NCBI GenBank assembly: GCA_965197905.1
Contig: CBDAOB010000005.1
Span: 1,504,001 to 1,568,000, forward strand
Origin: Candidatus Latescibacterota bacterium
GTDB lineage: Bacteria; Latescibacterota; UBA2968; UBA8231
Length of the DNA: 64,000 nucleotides
Direction: 5' to 3'
The notes below the pieces were generated by a model. The model saw only the letters and a list, made by a program, of their open reading frames with translations, did no database searches and had not been told where the DNA came from. Numbering within the stretch: position 1 is the stretch's first letter; each line of letters opens with the position of its first letter. Below are positions 48,298 through 58,207 of this stretch, piece after piece. Position numbers and translations under genes: made by a program.

Positions 48298-49269
48298 TCA
48301 GCGTGATTGTAACCGGTCTGCCAGGTGGCCTACGGAGAGGGCGAAGAAGGTGGAGTTGTTCCATTTGAGAAGGATTCTGAAATCCTTGTAGACCAGGTAG
48401 GCCCGGCCGGCCCTGCGTTTCGGGAGCAGCAGACTGGCATCGATATCGCGTTTGGGCAGGTCCGTTCCGTCCACCCGACGGATCCCGAGATTTTGCCAGG
48501 CGGTCAGTGGTTTTCTCCTCTTCAACCCGGCAAACGACTCCTCGAGATCCGCAGGTATCGACACCTGGCGTCCCCATGTCTGGTCGTCCCGCCAACCGAG
48601 GTGAGCGAGGAAATTCGCGATGGAAGCGAAGATATCTCCATGATTGCTCCAGATATCCCGTTGGCCGTCGGCGTCATGATCTACAGCAAGGCGCCGGAAC
48701 GTGGAAGGCATGAACTGGCACTGGCCCATGGCTCCGGCCCAGGAGCCGGACAGGTTCGCAGGATCCATGTTCTCCTGTTCCAACAGTTGCAACAGGTGCA
48801 GCAATTCGCGTTGGAAAAACGGTCTTCTGCGCCCGTTGAACCCTAGTGTAGCAAGGGACTGAACGGTCGGGTGCCGGCCCTGATAGCGACCAAAATCACT
48901 CTCGATCGCCCACAGTGCCACTATGAACCTGGGCTGAACGCCATATTCGGCGCCTATCTCTTCGAGGATATGGCGGTGTTGGCCCAGTCTTCTCCTGCCT
49001 GTTTCCACCCGTGACGCGGGTACTACCCGATCGAGGTAGCTGGTGAGAGTTTCGGTGAATTCGGGCTGCTTGCGTTCGAGCCTCAGCACGTCGCGCGATG
49101 GCTCGAGGCCGTGAAAGGCGAGAGAGACCAACTCGCGGGAGACTCCCTCCGCCTCGGCTCGTTGCTGCATCTTCTCGAGCCAAGCCCGGAACAGGCTGTC
49201 CGTTGCCGCACCTGTGGCCGATACGGTCAGTATAGTGGCAATCACGCCGTAGCGTGAAAATCGAGGCAT
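48298..49269 (-). CDS. mltB: Lytic murein transglycosylase (MltB/SltB family)
   Basis: QPEF, ALWAIESDFG (catalytic E), GSWAGAMGQCQFMPS, WNNS..FA. Start placed at MPRFSRY. Confidence 0.92.
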   Translation of the reverse strand: MPRFSRYGVIATILTVSATGAATDSLFRAWLEKMQQRAEAEGVSRELVSLAFHGLEPSRDVLRLERKQPEFTETLTSYLDRVVPASRVETGRRRLGQHRHILEEIGAEYGVQPRFIVALWAIESDFGRYQGRHPTVQSLATLGFNGRRRPFFQRELLHLLQLLEQENMDPANLSGSWAGAMGQCQFMPSTFRRLAVDHDADGQRDIWSNHGDIFASIANFLAHLGWRDDQTWGRQVSIPADLEESFAGLKRRKPLTAWQNLGIRRVDGTDLPKRDIDASLLLPKRRAGRAYLVYKDFRILLKWNNSTFFALSVGHLADRLQSR

Positions 49270-49271
49270 GG

Positions 49272-50522
49272 TCAATCGATGAGAAACAGACTTAGGGCCG
49301 GAACGTAGGTGATGATCAACAGCGCCACGAGCAGGATGCCGAGGAAGGGAAGAGACGCCCAATAGAGACTCAACACGGGTTTCTCGAACCGTAGGCTGGC
49401 GATAAAGAGATTCAAACCGACAGGTGGGGTGGAGTAGCCGATTTCCAGATTCGTCAGGAATATCATGCCCAGGTGAACAGGGTGCACATCGAACGACTGA
49501 GCGATGGGAAGGATCAGCGGCACCACAACGATCAGGGCTGAGAACATGTCAACCATGCAACCCACCCCCAGCAGAAACAGATTCAGCAACAGCAGGAATG
49601 CAATCTTGCTTTCCACGTGTAGCGTTACAAAGTGCAGCAGCTGATTGGGTATCTCGGCGTCAATCAGGTAGTTCGTATACGCCATCGAAGATGCCAGGAT
49701 AATCAGTATGCTCCCGGTCATGATCATGGTCTCGCGCGCTATCCGCGGGAGATCCCGGAAGGCGATCTCCCGGTGTAGGAATACCTCGATGATCAAGACG
49801 TACAGGGCACACAGGGCAGCGGCTTCGCTGACAGCGATAAGTCCGCTGTAGATCCCACTGAGAACCACCGCCGGCAACAACAGTTCCCACACGCTTTCGC
49901 GAAATGCTTCCGCTACACCGACGGAAACGCCATCTCCAACCGGTTTCGGTACGCCGAGCCCGCGGAAGAAACCGTACACGGACAGCAACACCACCAACAA
50001 TATACCCGGGGCGATGCCAGCTATGAACAGCTTGTCCACGGCGGTTTCGGACACGATGCCGAACACGATCAACGGCAAACTTGGGGGGAACAATAACCCC
50101 AGACTGCCCGATGTTGTGAGCAAACCGAGGGAAAACCGTTCGGGATATCGATTCTTTATGAGAGCGGGATAAAGCAGGCCGCCCAGGGCAACGATGGTCA
50201 TCCCAGATGCCCCGGTGAAGGCGGTGAACAGGGCGCAGAGGCCGATCGCCATGATAGCCAGGCCGCCGGGCAACCATCCCAGCAGCGCGTGTGAGAAACG
50301 CACGAGCCGGTTTGCGGCTCCGCTTTCGGCGAGAAGAAATCCGGCGAAAGCAAATAGCGGAATGGCAGACAATGTTGGGGTTTCGGCGATGCGGTACATC
50401 TCGATGAAGATGACCGTCAGGTCGATGCCGCCGGTGTGATAGTTGAGCAGGGCGAGAAGCGCGATTACTATGAAGAGCGGGGTGCCGGCGACGGCCAGCA
50501 GAGCGGCAACGGTTGCAGTCAA
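49272..50522 (-). CDS. dctM: TRAP transporter large permease
   Basis: AIPLF..AG, FTGASG, GSLGLLFPPS, TPPVGLNLF. Confidence 0.93.
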   Translation of the reverse strand: MTATVAALLAVAGTPLFIVIALLALLNYHTGGIDLTVIFIEMYRIAETPTLSAIPLFAFAGFLLAESGAANRLVRFSHALLGWLPGGLAIMAIGLCALFTAFTGASGMTIVALGGLLYPALIKNRYPERFSLGLLTTSGSLGLLFPPSLPLIVFGIVSETAVDKLFIAGIAPGILLVVLLSVYGFFRGLGVPKPVGDGVSVGVAEAFRESVWELLLPAVVLSGIYSGLIAVSEAAALCALYVLIIEVFLHREIAFRDLPRIARETMIMTGSILIILASSMAYTNYLIDAEIPNQLLHFVTLHVESKIAFLLLLNLFLLGVGCMVDMFSALIVVVPLILPIAQSFDVHPVHLGMIFLTNLEIGYSTPPVGLNLFIASLRFEKPVLSLYWASLPFLGILLVALLIITYVPALSLFLID

Positions 50523-51004
50523 TCGTTACGTCTTTCTCGGGTGCGGGAGGCCGCCTGCGCCAGGAAGCGCACTGTCATGAGGCCGAAGGTCGCGGGGAAT
50601 ATGAGCTGGAGGTACCAAACCGGGATATCGAAAACTCCTAGGTAGCCGAACTCCCGTTCGTCGAGAACAAATCCGACTGCGGTAGCGAAAAGAACCAGAC
50701 AAACGCCTGACGAACAAAGGTTGGTCGCCAATTGGATCCCGTTTCGGGCGCGCTGCGAACAGAAGCGCAGCAGGAAGTCTATTTTTATGTGTCTGTTTCC
50801 CCGCGTCGCCACAACGGCGCCAACAAATCCGCTCCATAGAACAAGGTGACGCACCAAAGGGTCCGCCCACACCAAGGTCACTGAGAACAGATTGCGCAAG
50901 GCGATCTGCGAGAAAGCTACAACAACCAGCGCTCCTACGAGCGCCACCAGCGTGCCATCCTCGAGTTTCTCCATGGTCCGAGCGAACCTCCGATCGCGAT
51001 TCAT
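50519..51004 (-). CDS. dctQ: TRAP transporter small permease
   Basis: Four TM helices; QIALRN..W.D.L.R, HIKID. Confidence 0.9.
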   Translation of the reverse strand: MNRDRRFARTMEKLEDGTLVALVGALVVVAFSQIALRNLFSVTLVWADPLVRHLVLWSGFVGAVVATRGNRHIKIDFLLRFCSQRARNGIQLATNLCSSGVCLVLFATAVGFVLDEREFGYLGVFDIPVWYLQLIFPATFGLMTVRFLAQAASRTRERRND

Positions 51005-52023
51005 TCGGACGAATCCCGTCGCCGTCGATAGTCGCCCAAATGCTGGTTCACCAGCGTCAAGGATTGCCGAGAGAATGCCTTGCCTACCAGTTCGGCGATC
51101 GTCTCATCGACGAGAGATTTAAAATCTTCGATACCGGCTTCTGGAGGCGCTACGAATTCCAGTCCGTTCGCTTTCATCACGGCTATTGCTTCCGCATTCT
51201 CGTCTCTGCTGTCGATGCTCAATTGTCGCAAAAGTCGGCGCGACACGGCTTTCAGAACATTCTGGTGCTCCCCGGCAACGCGATCGAAATCTCGCTTATT
51301 CACCAAGAAGGCTCCAAGGGTATAATTGATGGGCAGCTCAGTTACATATTTCACGCGCGTAAACCACTGAAGCACGATTGCCGCGGACGGCGGGGCATAG
51401 GCAACTTCTATCAGATTAGTCTGCAGACCGAGTAGTACATCCGGTATCGTCAGGGGGACGGATACCACCCCCGCTTTCTTAAACAGCACCTGAGTTATCG
51501 GCTCCCGGTCTAGACGCCAGGCTTTCATGCCTCGAATGTCCTCTGCGCTTCTTACGGGTTGCTGGGACATCAGATAGACATGACCGATTTCGCACCAGCC
51601 GAGAAATACGAACCCCTTGTCCAGATAGCCCTGAGTGTAGAATTCATTCATCTGCTCAAGGACGTAGTCGATCTCTCCATACTCCTCGAACAAGAAAGGC
51701 AGCTCCAACGCCAGCACGTCGTTGAAGATCAACGTCGTACCCATGCCCCCGAACCCGCCGCCATGCAGCTGCCCGACGCGAATCTTGCGGAGGACCACCT
51801 CCTCATCTCCTTGAACGCCGCCGGGGTAGATCTTGAGGCCGAGCGCTCCAGCCGTTTCAGTCCTCACCTCTTCATCGACAGCACGCAACGTTTTGACCCA
51901 AGTGCTTCCCTCGGGAGCCAGGGTCGCGATCTTTATGAGTTGTCCGGGCGTCGCGCTCCATACAGCGTTTATCGGCAGGACGACGGCCACGAAAACCTTC
52001 CACAGGGAGTTAGAAAAATTCAT
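51001..52023 (-). CDS. dctP: TRAP substrate-binding protein (TPAT P component)
   Basis: IKIATLAPEGS.W, YPGGVQGDE..V.RK.R.GQL; signal peptide. Confidence 0.92.
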   Translation of the reverse strand: MNFSNSLWKVFVAVVLPINAVWSATPGQLIKIATLAPEGSTWVKTLRAVDEEVRTETAGALGLKIYPGGVQGDEEVVLRKIRVGQLHGGGFGGMGTTLIFNDVLALELPFLFEEYGEIDYVLEQMNEFYTQGYLDKGFVFLGWCEIGHVYLMSQQPVRSAEDIRGMKAWRLDREPITQVLFKKAGVVSVPLTIPDVLLGLQTNLIEVAYAPPSAAIVLQWFTRVKYVTELPINYTLGAFLVNKRDFDRVAGEHQNVLKAVSRRLLRQLSIDSRDENAEAIAVMKANGLEFVAPPEAGIEDFKSLVDETIAELVGKAFSRQSLTLVNQHLGDYRRRRDSSE

Positions 52024-52915
52024 CAGTCTCCTCTAGGAGTTTTCGGGCATGCGCTTTTGCCGCCGTGTTTTGCAGCACCAAGCTTTCCTCGCCATCGACG
52101 GGCCGCTGCAACGCTTCGTTGAGCAACGAAACATACATCTCTCTGTCGAAAATCTGCCGCGCGTAATACTTCGCCATAAGTACGTGGACCATGAGAGCTC
52201 GATTGCGACTGATCTCCAGCGCCCTCTCGAAATGGACGCGGGCTTTGTCGGGGTTGCCCCCAAGAGAAGGGGGAAGTGTGGCGTGATACACCCCGAGAAA
52301 AACGTGCGGGCTGCCAAACTCTAATGATTCGTCTGTTTTCAGGACCCATTCCATCAGAACGATTACCTTGGGCATCTCTGCCAGTGCCGCCATCGAGTCC
52401 AGGGAGGCCCCAATCCACGCACCCCAACTGCTAGCGGCCCAGAACACCATCCTGACGTCACTTTCGTCGAGATGCTCCAGAAGCTGAACAAACTCCACGT
52501 ACGGCCGCGCCATCAACTGGTCTACCCCTTTTTTTTGCGCCAAAGCCCGTTGCCCATAGCTTTTTGCCCTCGCATACAGGTTTCTCGCCCGCGCCGGCTC
52601 AGACGCTTCCACCAAGGTTCCGTAGGAGACGTAGAGCTGGCTTGCCGAAGTCAGCAATTCGCGGTTGTTCGGATCGCTCTCCAGCAAACCCTCAAGGAGA
52701 AGAATGAAGGTTGGGACAGCATCGGTGAAGATAACGACGTCGTCCTGACGCGCGCTTGCCTGGGCCACATCTTTCATCAGTGAACCCGCCACCATGGAGC
52801 GCAATTTGGCGGCACAACCAGACGACAGAGTCAGGCAAACCGCGGTGCCGCCTGCTAGAAACAGAGTGCGCAGCGGTGGTCGCAATATTCTTTTTATTCG
52901 ATCCGAAGAGGGCAA
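52010..52915 (-). CDS. tatT: TPAT T-component lipoprotein (TatT family)
   Basis: Lipobox LSSGC; EGLL..DP.N, LY.RA..YG, P..LGG.PDKA..HFERA; directly upstream of dctP. Start uncertain. Confidence 0.85.
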   Translation of the reverse strand: MPSSDRIKRILRPPLRTLFLAGGTAVCLTLSSGCAAKLRSMVAGSLMKDVAQASARQDDVVIFTDAVPTFILLLEGLLESDPNNRELLTSASQLYVSYGTLVEASEPARARNLYARAKSYGQRALAQKKGVDQLMARPYVEFVQLLEHLDESDVRMVFWAASSWGAWIGASLDSMAALAEMPKVIVLMEWVLKTDESLEFGSPHVFLGVYHATLPPSLGGNPDKARVHFERALEISRNRALMVHVLMAKYYARQIFDREMYVSLLNEALQRPVDGEESLVLQNTAAKAHARKLLEETDEFF

Positions 52916-53149
52916 TTTGTGAGGGATTTTGTTTGGTTCGGGAAGAAGCGATCGGCTTGGCCAAATATCCCATTAGGCCTTCTCGACGTCAAGATCGCAA
53001 CGTGCGATTGGCTGACACTGTAGGGCATACAAACCCGGCATCGTATGGTAGATACGACTCCTTTGAGCGGGTCGTTAGGCAGCGTCGAAAGCTGGTTCGC
53101 CAATACGCTACGTGGTTCCCATTCGCGGTTCGTGGCTTGATCTGAATGC

Positions 53150-54220
53150 TCACGATTTCTTCAACGCATCGAGGGAATCGCGGAGACAGCTCCAGGGATT
53201 CTGCGTCGATGCGCACCCGCCGCAGAGTTTCACCGTTTCTCGGAGGGATTTCGCTTTCGCCTTGTGAAGCTGCTCGAACAGGTCCATCTCCCGGTTGTAG
53301 CGTCGATACGACAGTAGCGCCGCATTGTTAATTTCCCACCGTTCGAAGTGGTCGTAGCGCCCCGAGGCGAACTGTGAGCGGTCGAAACTCGACTGCGCCG
53401 CCTCAAACACCTTTCTGCGTTCTTCCAGGACATAGTCGGATGGTAAGCCGAGTTCGTAGAGACTGTCCAACGCCGCAACGACCGTGGCCATGAAGGCGCG
53501 AAACCTGTGATCCTCTTCGCGGTGCGCGAGCAGCACCGAGACCTCACTCTCGGCGACGCCTGTGGATCTGAGGAACATGATTGAACCCGTATCCCCGACG
53601 AAAGAGGCCAAGCTTTCATTGAAGTCGGTGAATCCCTTTGCGAAGACCGTTCCGTGGGCGAGCTCGTGAATGATCAGCTCAGTCAGCCTGGCGTCATCGT
53701 ATTTCAGCATGGTGCTGAGCACCGGATCGGTGAAGTATCCCAATGTGCTATAGGCAGATACGGGCCGCATAACCACATCCAATCCCGTAGATTTAAGACG
53801 ATCTCGTTCCTCTACGGCGATATCTCTGCGAAAAAAACCTTTATAGGCCAGCTTGCCTACGATGGGGAAGCTCCAGGTGAACGGTTCGAACCGCGTGGGC
53901 GAGCAGGCACTGACGTTCCAGCTGACCGGTTCCCCTCCAGTATCGTGCAGGCAGGTGTAGTTATCGGACAGGGCTAATCCGAGCCGATCTTGGGCATAGC
54001 TGCGAACCGACTGAATCAGTTCGAGTTTTGCCCGAACCTCCGGCGAGACCTCTGCCGACGCCAGGAGAGTCTCGACCGGCTCACAATTACTCAGCACCCC
54101 TAACTGACCGTGAGCAAGGTGCAGGTAGTACGGGACCTCACAGCCAAGAGGAACGAAAAAAATACCGGACCAAAGGACGGTCCGGCACAATCTCAACCTC
54201 AGGTCTCGCAGGAAAGCCAC
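53150..54220 (-). CDS. Putative exported zinc aminopeptidase (DUF2265-like)
   Basis: W.FPIVG..YKGFF, AYSTLGYF.DP, HELAH..FNES.A; lipobox-like PLGC. Confidence 0.85.
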   Translation of the reverse strand: MAFLRDLRLRLCRTVLWSGIFFVPLGCEVPYYLHLAHGQLGVLSNCEPVETLLASAEVSPEVRAKLELIQSVRSYAQDRLGLALSDNYTCLHDTGGEPVSWNVSACSPTRFEPFTWSFPIVGKLAYKGFFRRDIAVEERDRLKSTGLDVVMRPVSAYSTLGYFTDPVLSTMLKYDDARLTELIIHELAHGTVFAKGFTDFNESLASFVGDTGSIMFLRSTGVAESEVSVLLAHREEDHRFRAFMATVVAALDSLYELGLPSDYVLEERRKVFEAAQSSFDRSQFASGRYDHFERWEINNAALLSYRRYNREMDLFEQLHKAKAKSLRETVKLCGGCASTQNPWSCLRDSLDALKKS

Positions 54221-54224
54221 TCTT

Positions 54225-54776
54225 CTATTCGCTGCTGGCGTGACCTTCGTTTTTGCGGGCGACCTGGATAGCGGAATTGATTTCTTTCAGGTCTTGGTTG
54301 AGTTGCTCGATCATCTGGTTCGCGGCCGCCAGCTTGCTCTCGGCATCTTTGTAGATGGTCGTGTCTTCGGTAGCCTGTTCCGCTTGCCACCCTTTGAGGG
54401 TAATGTCATACGCCTCCAGTCGGACCAGCATCAGGTTCTTGATATCCCGATGGAGAGGAGCCAGCAGCGGGGGCGGTTGAATCTTTTCAAACTGCTCCAA
54501 AGCCGTCTTCAGTCGCGGCCTAACTCCTTCCATGACGGCAGCGAGATTCTGGCCGGTTGCCTTGCCGGAAGTGCCCACCACCCTGTCGACTTCCATTTGT
54601 AGCTCGCCAACTGTCCGAATGTAGGGATTTACGGCGTGCAAATAGCCGGAAACCTCCTCCAAAGTGCCGTAGGATGTTACCGTCGACTCCTGTTTGGAAG
54701 AATCTTGGGCGACCTGGTCGTCGCCCGAGCCGCAACCGATCGCAGCGATCAGTAAAAGCGCGAGGAAAAATATCAT
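54225..54776 (-). CDS. Helical lipoprotein of unknown function
   Basis: Start at MIFFLALLLIAAIGC (lipobox), AAAGGA RBS. Confidence 0.7.
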   Translation of the reverse strand: MIFFLALLLIAAIGCGSGDDQVAQDSSKQESTVTSYGTLEEVSGYLHAVNPYIRTVGELQMEVDRVVGTSGKATGQNLAAVMEGVRPRLKTALEQFEKIQPPPLLAPLHRDIKNLMLVRLEAYDITLKGWQAEQATEDTTIYKDAESKLAAANQMIEQLNQDLKEINSAIQVARKNEGHASSE

Positions 54777-54801
54777 GTTGCGTCCTTTGATAACGGGTTC
54801 G

Positions 54802-55557
54802 CTAAAGCTTGCTTTGAGCCTTGTCGCGACCGGCCAACGCGGCCGGGGACTCCGGATCAATGACCAGAGCCGTGTCGAAGCGTTCAACCGCTTGTTTCCA
54901 ATCACCCTGGTCCAGGTGAAGATTACCCAGTCCCAGATACGCGTCGACGGCATTGATGTTGAGTTTGATGGCTCGTTCGAAAGCACTCTGCGCCTTATCG
55001 TGCTTCTCCTTCTCCATGTACAGCTGGCCGAGGCGCAGGAAGGTCGCTGAGAAGGTCGAAAAACCCCTTGCCGATCTTTCGTAATAAGCTAAAGCGCTGT
55101 CCGCGTTGCCTTGGCGGTACTTAATCTCGCCAAGATGGTTGAGGGCAAGCGGGTGGGGGGGATGGAGAGAAATCGTCTCTTCGAATGCCAGCTTGGCTGC
55201 GTTGTCGTCTCCGGCCTCGAGCGCGTCCAATCCGCGTTGGTATGGAATGTTCGTTCCCCGCTGTAGATACATATCGGCAAGGTAGCGATTTCCCTGAGCG
55301 GCATATGCCTGGGACAACTTCACCAGCACCACCGGATTGAGCGAATCGCGATGCAGCACGACGCGAAACTCAGCTATGGCCGGCTCGATCTCCCCGGCTT
55401 TGAGGTATTGGTCGCCGAGCTCCAGGCTTCCTTTGGCTTGGGGCGCTTCTGGTTGGCCGCATCCGAAGGGGAGAGCCAGCAGCAGAAACATGCAGGCAAT
55501 GGCGGAGAAAGCGGTGGAAACCGGCAGGCGGGTACTAAAAAAAAGGTGGAAGGGCAC
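54802..55557 (-). CDS. TPR-repeat lipoprotein
   Basis: Lipobox PFGC; several TPR repeats (LG..Y...G....A...F..A...P). Confidence 0.85.
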   Translation of the reverse strand: MPFHLFFSTRLPVSTAFSAIACMFLLLALPFGCGQPEAPQAKGSLELGDQYLKAGEIEPAIAEFRVVLHRDSLNPVVLVKLSQAYAAQGNRYLADMYLQRGTNIPYQRGLDALEAGDDNAAKLAFEETISLHPPHPLALNHLGEIKYRQGNADSALAYYERSARGFSTFSATFLRLGQLYMEKEKHDKAQSAFERAIKLNINAVDAYLGLGNLHLDQGDWKQAVERFDTALVIDPESPAALAGRDKAQSKL

Positions 55558-55561
55558 AGTC

Positions 55562-56050
55562 TCAGGTCGTACTGACTATCTTCTCGCCGTCAAAGATGAG
55601 ATTGCCATCGCGATCGAGTACCCTGCCATCGGCAGTGAACTCGTATTTCATCGATTGACCAAGGGTCAAATGGCGTTGGACTTTGTCCAGGTCTCTGTAC
55701 TTTTCGATCAGCTTTTCAATGGGTCCTTCGAATGAGGTCGGGCGCCAGTTTGGACGGTCTTTGTCGCGCTCCTGCCTCTCCTCCGAAGTCATTATCGGCA
55801 GTCGTTCAGCCGCCGGCGTGAAGCGTCCCGCCATTGCCTGCTGCCGGCGATATTTTTCGTGCCGCTTCTCCGATTCCGAGAGCAACTCATCGGGAATCTC
55901 TTCGAGAGCGCCTGTGCCTTCACGTTCCCTCCGAGCCTGGTCTTTGCCTCTGGCTTCTTCTACCTCTCGTTGAATACGCTGCTCTCTCTCGGTTTCGAGG
56001 CTCTGATCGACGCCAAGTTTTCGCAGTACCGATCGCGCGGCGCTGTTCAT
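55562..56050 (-). CDS. Hypothetical charged protein
   Basis: 162 aa, GGGAG RBS, first gene of the long minus-strand run. Confidence 0.65.
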   Translation of the reverse strand: MNSAARSVLRKLGVDQSLETEREQRIQREVEEARGKDQARREREGTGALEEIPDELLSESEKRHEKYRRQQAMAGRFTPAAERLPIMTSEERQERDKDRPNWRPTSFEGPIEKLIEKYRDLDKVQRHLTLGQSMKYEFTADGRVLDRDGNLIFDGEKIVSTT

Positions 56051-56215
56051 GCGTTATCGCTCCCTGTTTGCGGCAAATGCGGTGAGATCGTCAAAATCAA
56101 ATATAGATCCGCTGGGGGATTTGGCAAATGGTTGGAGTAGTAATTATCTTAGGAACAACGAATTAGGTCATTCTGATTCGCTCGCCACGAATCCCATTCC
56201 CCGCGGAGATCGATC

Positions 56216-56368
56216 ATGAGCCCTCCTGAAGACCCGAAAAAGGATTCCGAGGAAGAAGAACCAGAAGATCGCGAGAAGAAGCTGGAGCGACTCAAAACTA
56301 TGGTCTTCGATCAAGGTCAGGATGCCGCCCGGGTTCTCAAGATGTGGCTCCATAAGGACAACGAGTAA
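56216..56368 (+). CDS. 50-aa protein resembling the C-terminal FliG-binding segment of FliF (not in the ORF track)
   Basis: MSPPEDPKKDSEEEEPEDREKKLERLKTMVFDQGQDAARVLKMWLHKDNE*; GGAG 7 nt before the ATG; stop 17 nt before mreB. Confidence 0.65.
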   Translation: MSPPEDPKKDSEEEEPEDREKKLERLKTMVFDQGQDAARVLKMWLHKDNE

Positions 56369-56385
56369 CCGTGCGGAGCAAATAA

Positions 56386-57405
56386 ATGGGTTTTCTGTCT
56401 CGCTTTCTTTCGAACGACATCGGCATAGATCTCGGTACTGCCAATACGCTGATCTACGTCAAAGGCGAAGGAATCGTCTTGAACGAACCTTCAATCGTGG
56501 CCAGGTCGATCATGACCAAGAAGGTTATCGCCGTTGGTCGAGAAGCTAAGGAGATGCTGGGCCGGACGAACTCCGAACTGGAGACGATCAGACCGCTGAA
56601 GGATGGTGTGATCGCCGATTTCGAAGTCACCGAAGAGATGATCAGGTACTTCATTCGAAGAGTGCAGAAGAACAAACTCTTTGTACGACCGCGCATCGTT
56701 GTATCGGTACCATCGGGAAGCACGGAAGTGGAGAAGCGGGCGGTCCGAAACTCGTGCGAACGGGTGGGAGCCCGCGAGGTGCATCTCGTCAGCGAACCGA
56801 TGGCGGCCGCGATCGGCATCGGCTTGCCCGTAGAGCAAGCGGTCGGTTCGATGGTCATCGATATCGGCGGAGGGACTACCGAGATTGCAGTGATTGCATT
56901 GTCTGGTATTGTCACCCATGAATCGATTAGGGTCGCGGGCGACGCCATGGATCAGTCCCTGATCGACTGGATGCGCAAGAAATACAACCTGGCGATCGGT
57001 CCGCGAGGGGCAGAACAGATCAAGCTGCAGATCGGGTCGGCGATGGCCATGGAACCGGAAGAAGAGGCTCCGGTGCGGGGGCTGGACCTCGTGGCCGCCA
57101 TTCCGAAGACGCTCATGGTGGACTCGCGCGAGATACGCGAAGCTCTGCGCGATCCGGTGGAGCAGATCGTCGCCGGGGTTCGCCGAGCGCTGGAGCGCAC
57201 TCCACCAGAAGTTGCCGCCGATATTCTTGATCGCGGAATAGTGCTGAGCGGAGGAGGCAGCAAGCTCCGAGGATTGAAGGAGCGCCTCATCGAAGGCACC
57301 AGCCTGCCCACCTTTCTCGACACGGAAGATCCGTTGGCCGCGGTCGTTCGCGGCAATGCAAAAATCCTCGAAGAGTTCGATCGACTCCAGAAGGTTCTGT
57401 ACTGA
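56386..57405 (+). CDS. mreB: Rod shape-determining protein MreB
   Basis: GIDLGTANT, IRPLKDGVIADF, EPMAAAIG, DIGGGTTE, LERTPPE. Confidence 0.97.
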   Translation: MGFLSRFLSNDIGIDLGTANTLIYVKGEGIVLNEPSIVARSIMTKKVIAVGREAKEMLGRTNSELETIRPLKDGVIADFEVTEEMIRYFIRRVQKNKLFVRPRIVVSVPSGSTEVEKRAVRNSCERVGAREVHLVSEPMAAAIGIGLPVEQAVGSMVIDIGGGTTEIAVIALSGIVTHESIRVAGDAMDQSLIDWMRKKYNLAIGPRGAEQIKLQIGSAMAMEPEEEAPVRGLDLVAAIPKTLMVDSREIREALRDPVEQIVAGVRRALERTPPEVAADILDRGIVLSGGGSKLRGLKERLIEGTSLPTFLDTEDPLAAVVRGNAKILEEFDRLQKVLY

Positions 57406-57422
57406 CCGTTCCTTTCTGCTGA

Positions 57423-58196
57423 ATGCCCGTACATCGAAATCTCGTCGTTTCTGGCGCTGCGCTGCTACTGTGTCTGGCTTTGATGTTGTTGCCGGACAGC
57501 CAGCAACAGTTCGTCGCCGAACGAATCCGATCGACGCTATGGACGACCGGCCAATGGGTCTTCTCGCGGGTAATCCGCTATGCGAAAAACGAGGAGAAAA
57601 GCAAATTCCTGCTGACCCAAAACGTTGAGCTGGCCCTGGAAAACATGCAGCTCCGCGAGGCGAAATGGGAGAATCAAAGACTCCGCCGCGCATTGGACTT
57701 CAAGCGCGAGGAGACCGAATGGAGAATCGTGGCGGCTGAGGTTATTGGCCGCGACCCCGATCAGATCAACGATTCCATCATCATCAACGCCGGCACCGAT
57801 AGGGGCATAGAAAAGGACTGGCCAGTGGTTACGGCGCGGGGATTGGTCGGCCATGTATTGCAGGCCGATGAACGCAGTTCGGTGGTGCAGCTACTGGTCA
57901 GAACCCGGGTAAGCGCCATTGTTCAAGGGCGCGAACGAGCTCAAGGGATTGTCATGTGGCTCCATGGCCAACGTTTCCGCTTGGCGATGGTAGAGGCAGG
58001 TGCGCTCATACGAGAAGGGGACCGGGTGGTGTCTTCGGGTTTGGGAGGGCGTTATCCGAAGGGAATTCCTATCGGCTACGTTGTCGAGGTAAGCGAAGAG
58101 AGCAAGGACCCGCTGTTCAAAGAGGTGTTGCTAGAATCCAACGTGGACTTTCAAGGCCTCGAAGAGGTGTTTGCGGTAATGCCACAACCTGGTTGA
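57423..58196 (+). CDS. mreC: Rod shape-determining protein MreC
   Basis: TM helix, coiled coil ENQRLRRAL, A.VIGRDP, GLVG.V, SSGLGG.YPKGIPIG. Confidence 0.93.
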   Translation: MPVHRNLVVSGAALLLCLALMLLPDSQQQFVAERIRSTLWTTGQWVFSRVIRYAKNEEKSKFLLTQNVELALENMQLREAKWENQRLRRALDFKREETEWRIVAAEVIGRDPDQINDSIIINAGTDRGIEKDWPVVTARGLVGHVLQADERSSVVQLLVRTRVSAIVQGRERAQGIVMWLHGQRFRLAMVEAGALIREGDRVVSSGLGGRYPKGIPIGYVVEVSEESKDPLFKEVLLESNVDFQGLEEVFAVMPQPG

Positions 58197-58207
58197 GCGT
58201 GAAAGTC

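Noticed and set aside
52990..53145. Possible ncRNA between the aminopeptidase and tatT
   Set aside because: Only short hairpins; no recognisable RNA family signature.
56168..56353. 61-aa hydrophobic minus-strand ORF in the track
   Set aside because: Its Phe/Leu run is the reverse complement of the GAA/AAG-rich plus-strand 50-aa ORF, which has an RBS, operon position and a recognisable motif. Not strictly excluded.
56491..57693. 400-aa minus-strand ORF
   Set aside because: Antisense shadow of mreB and mreC.
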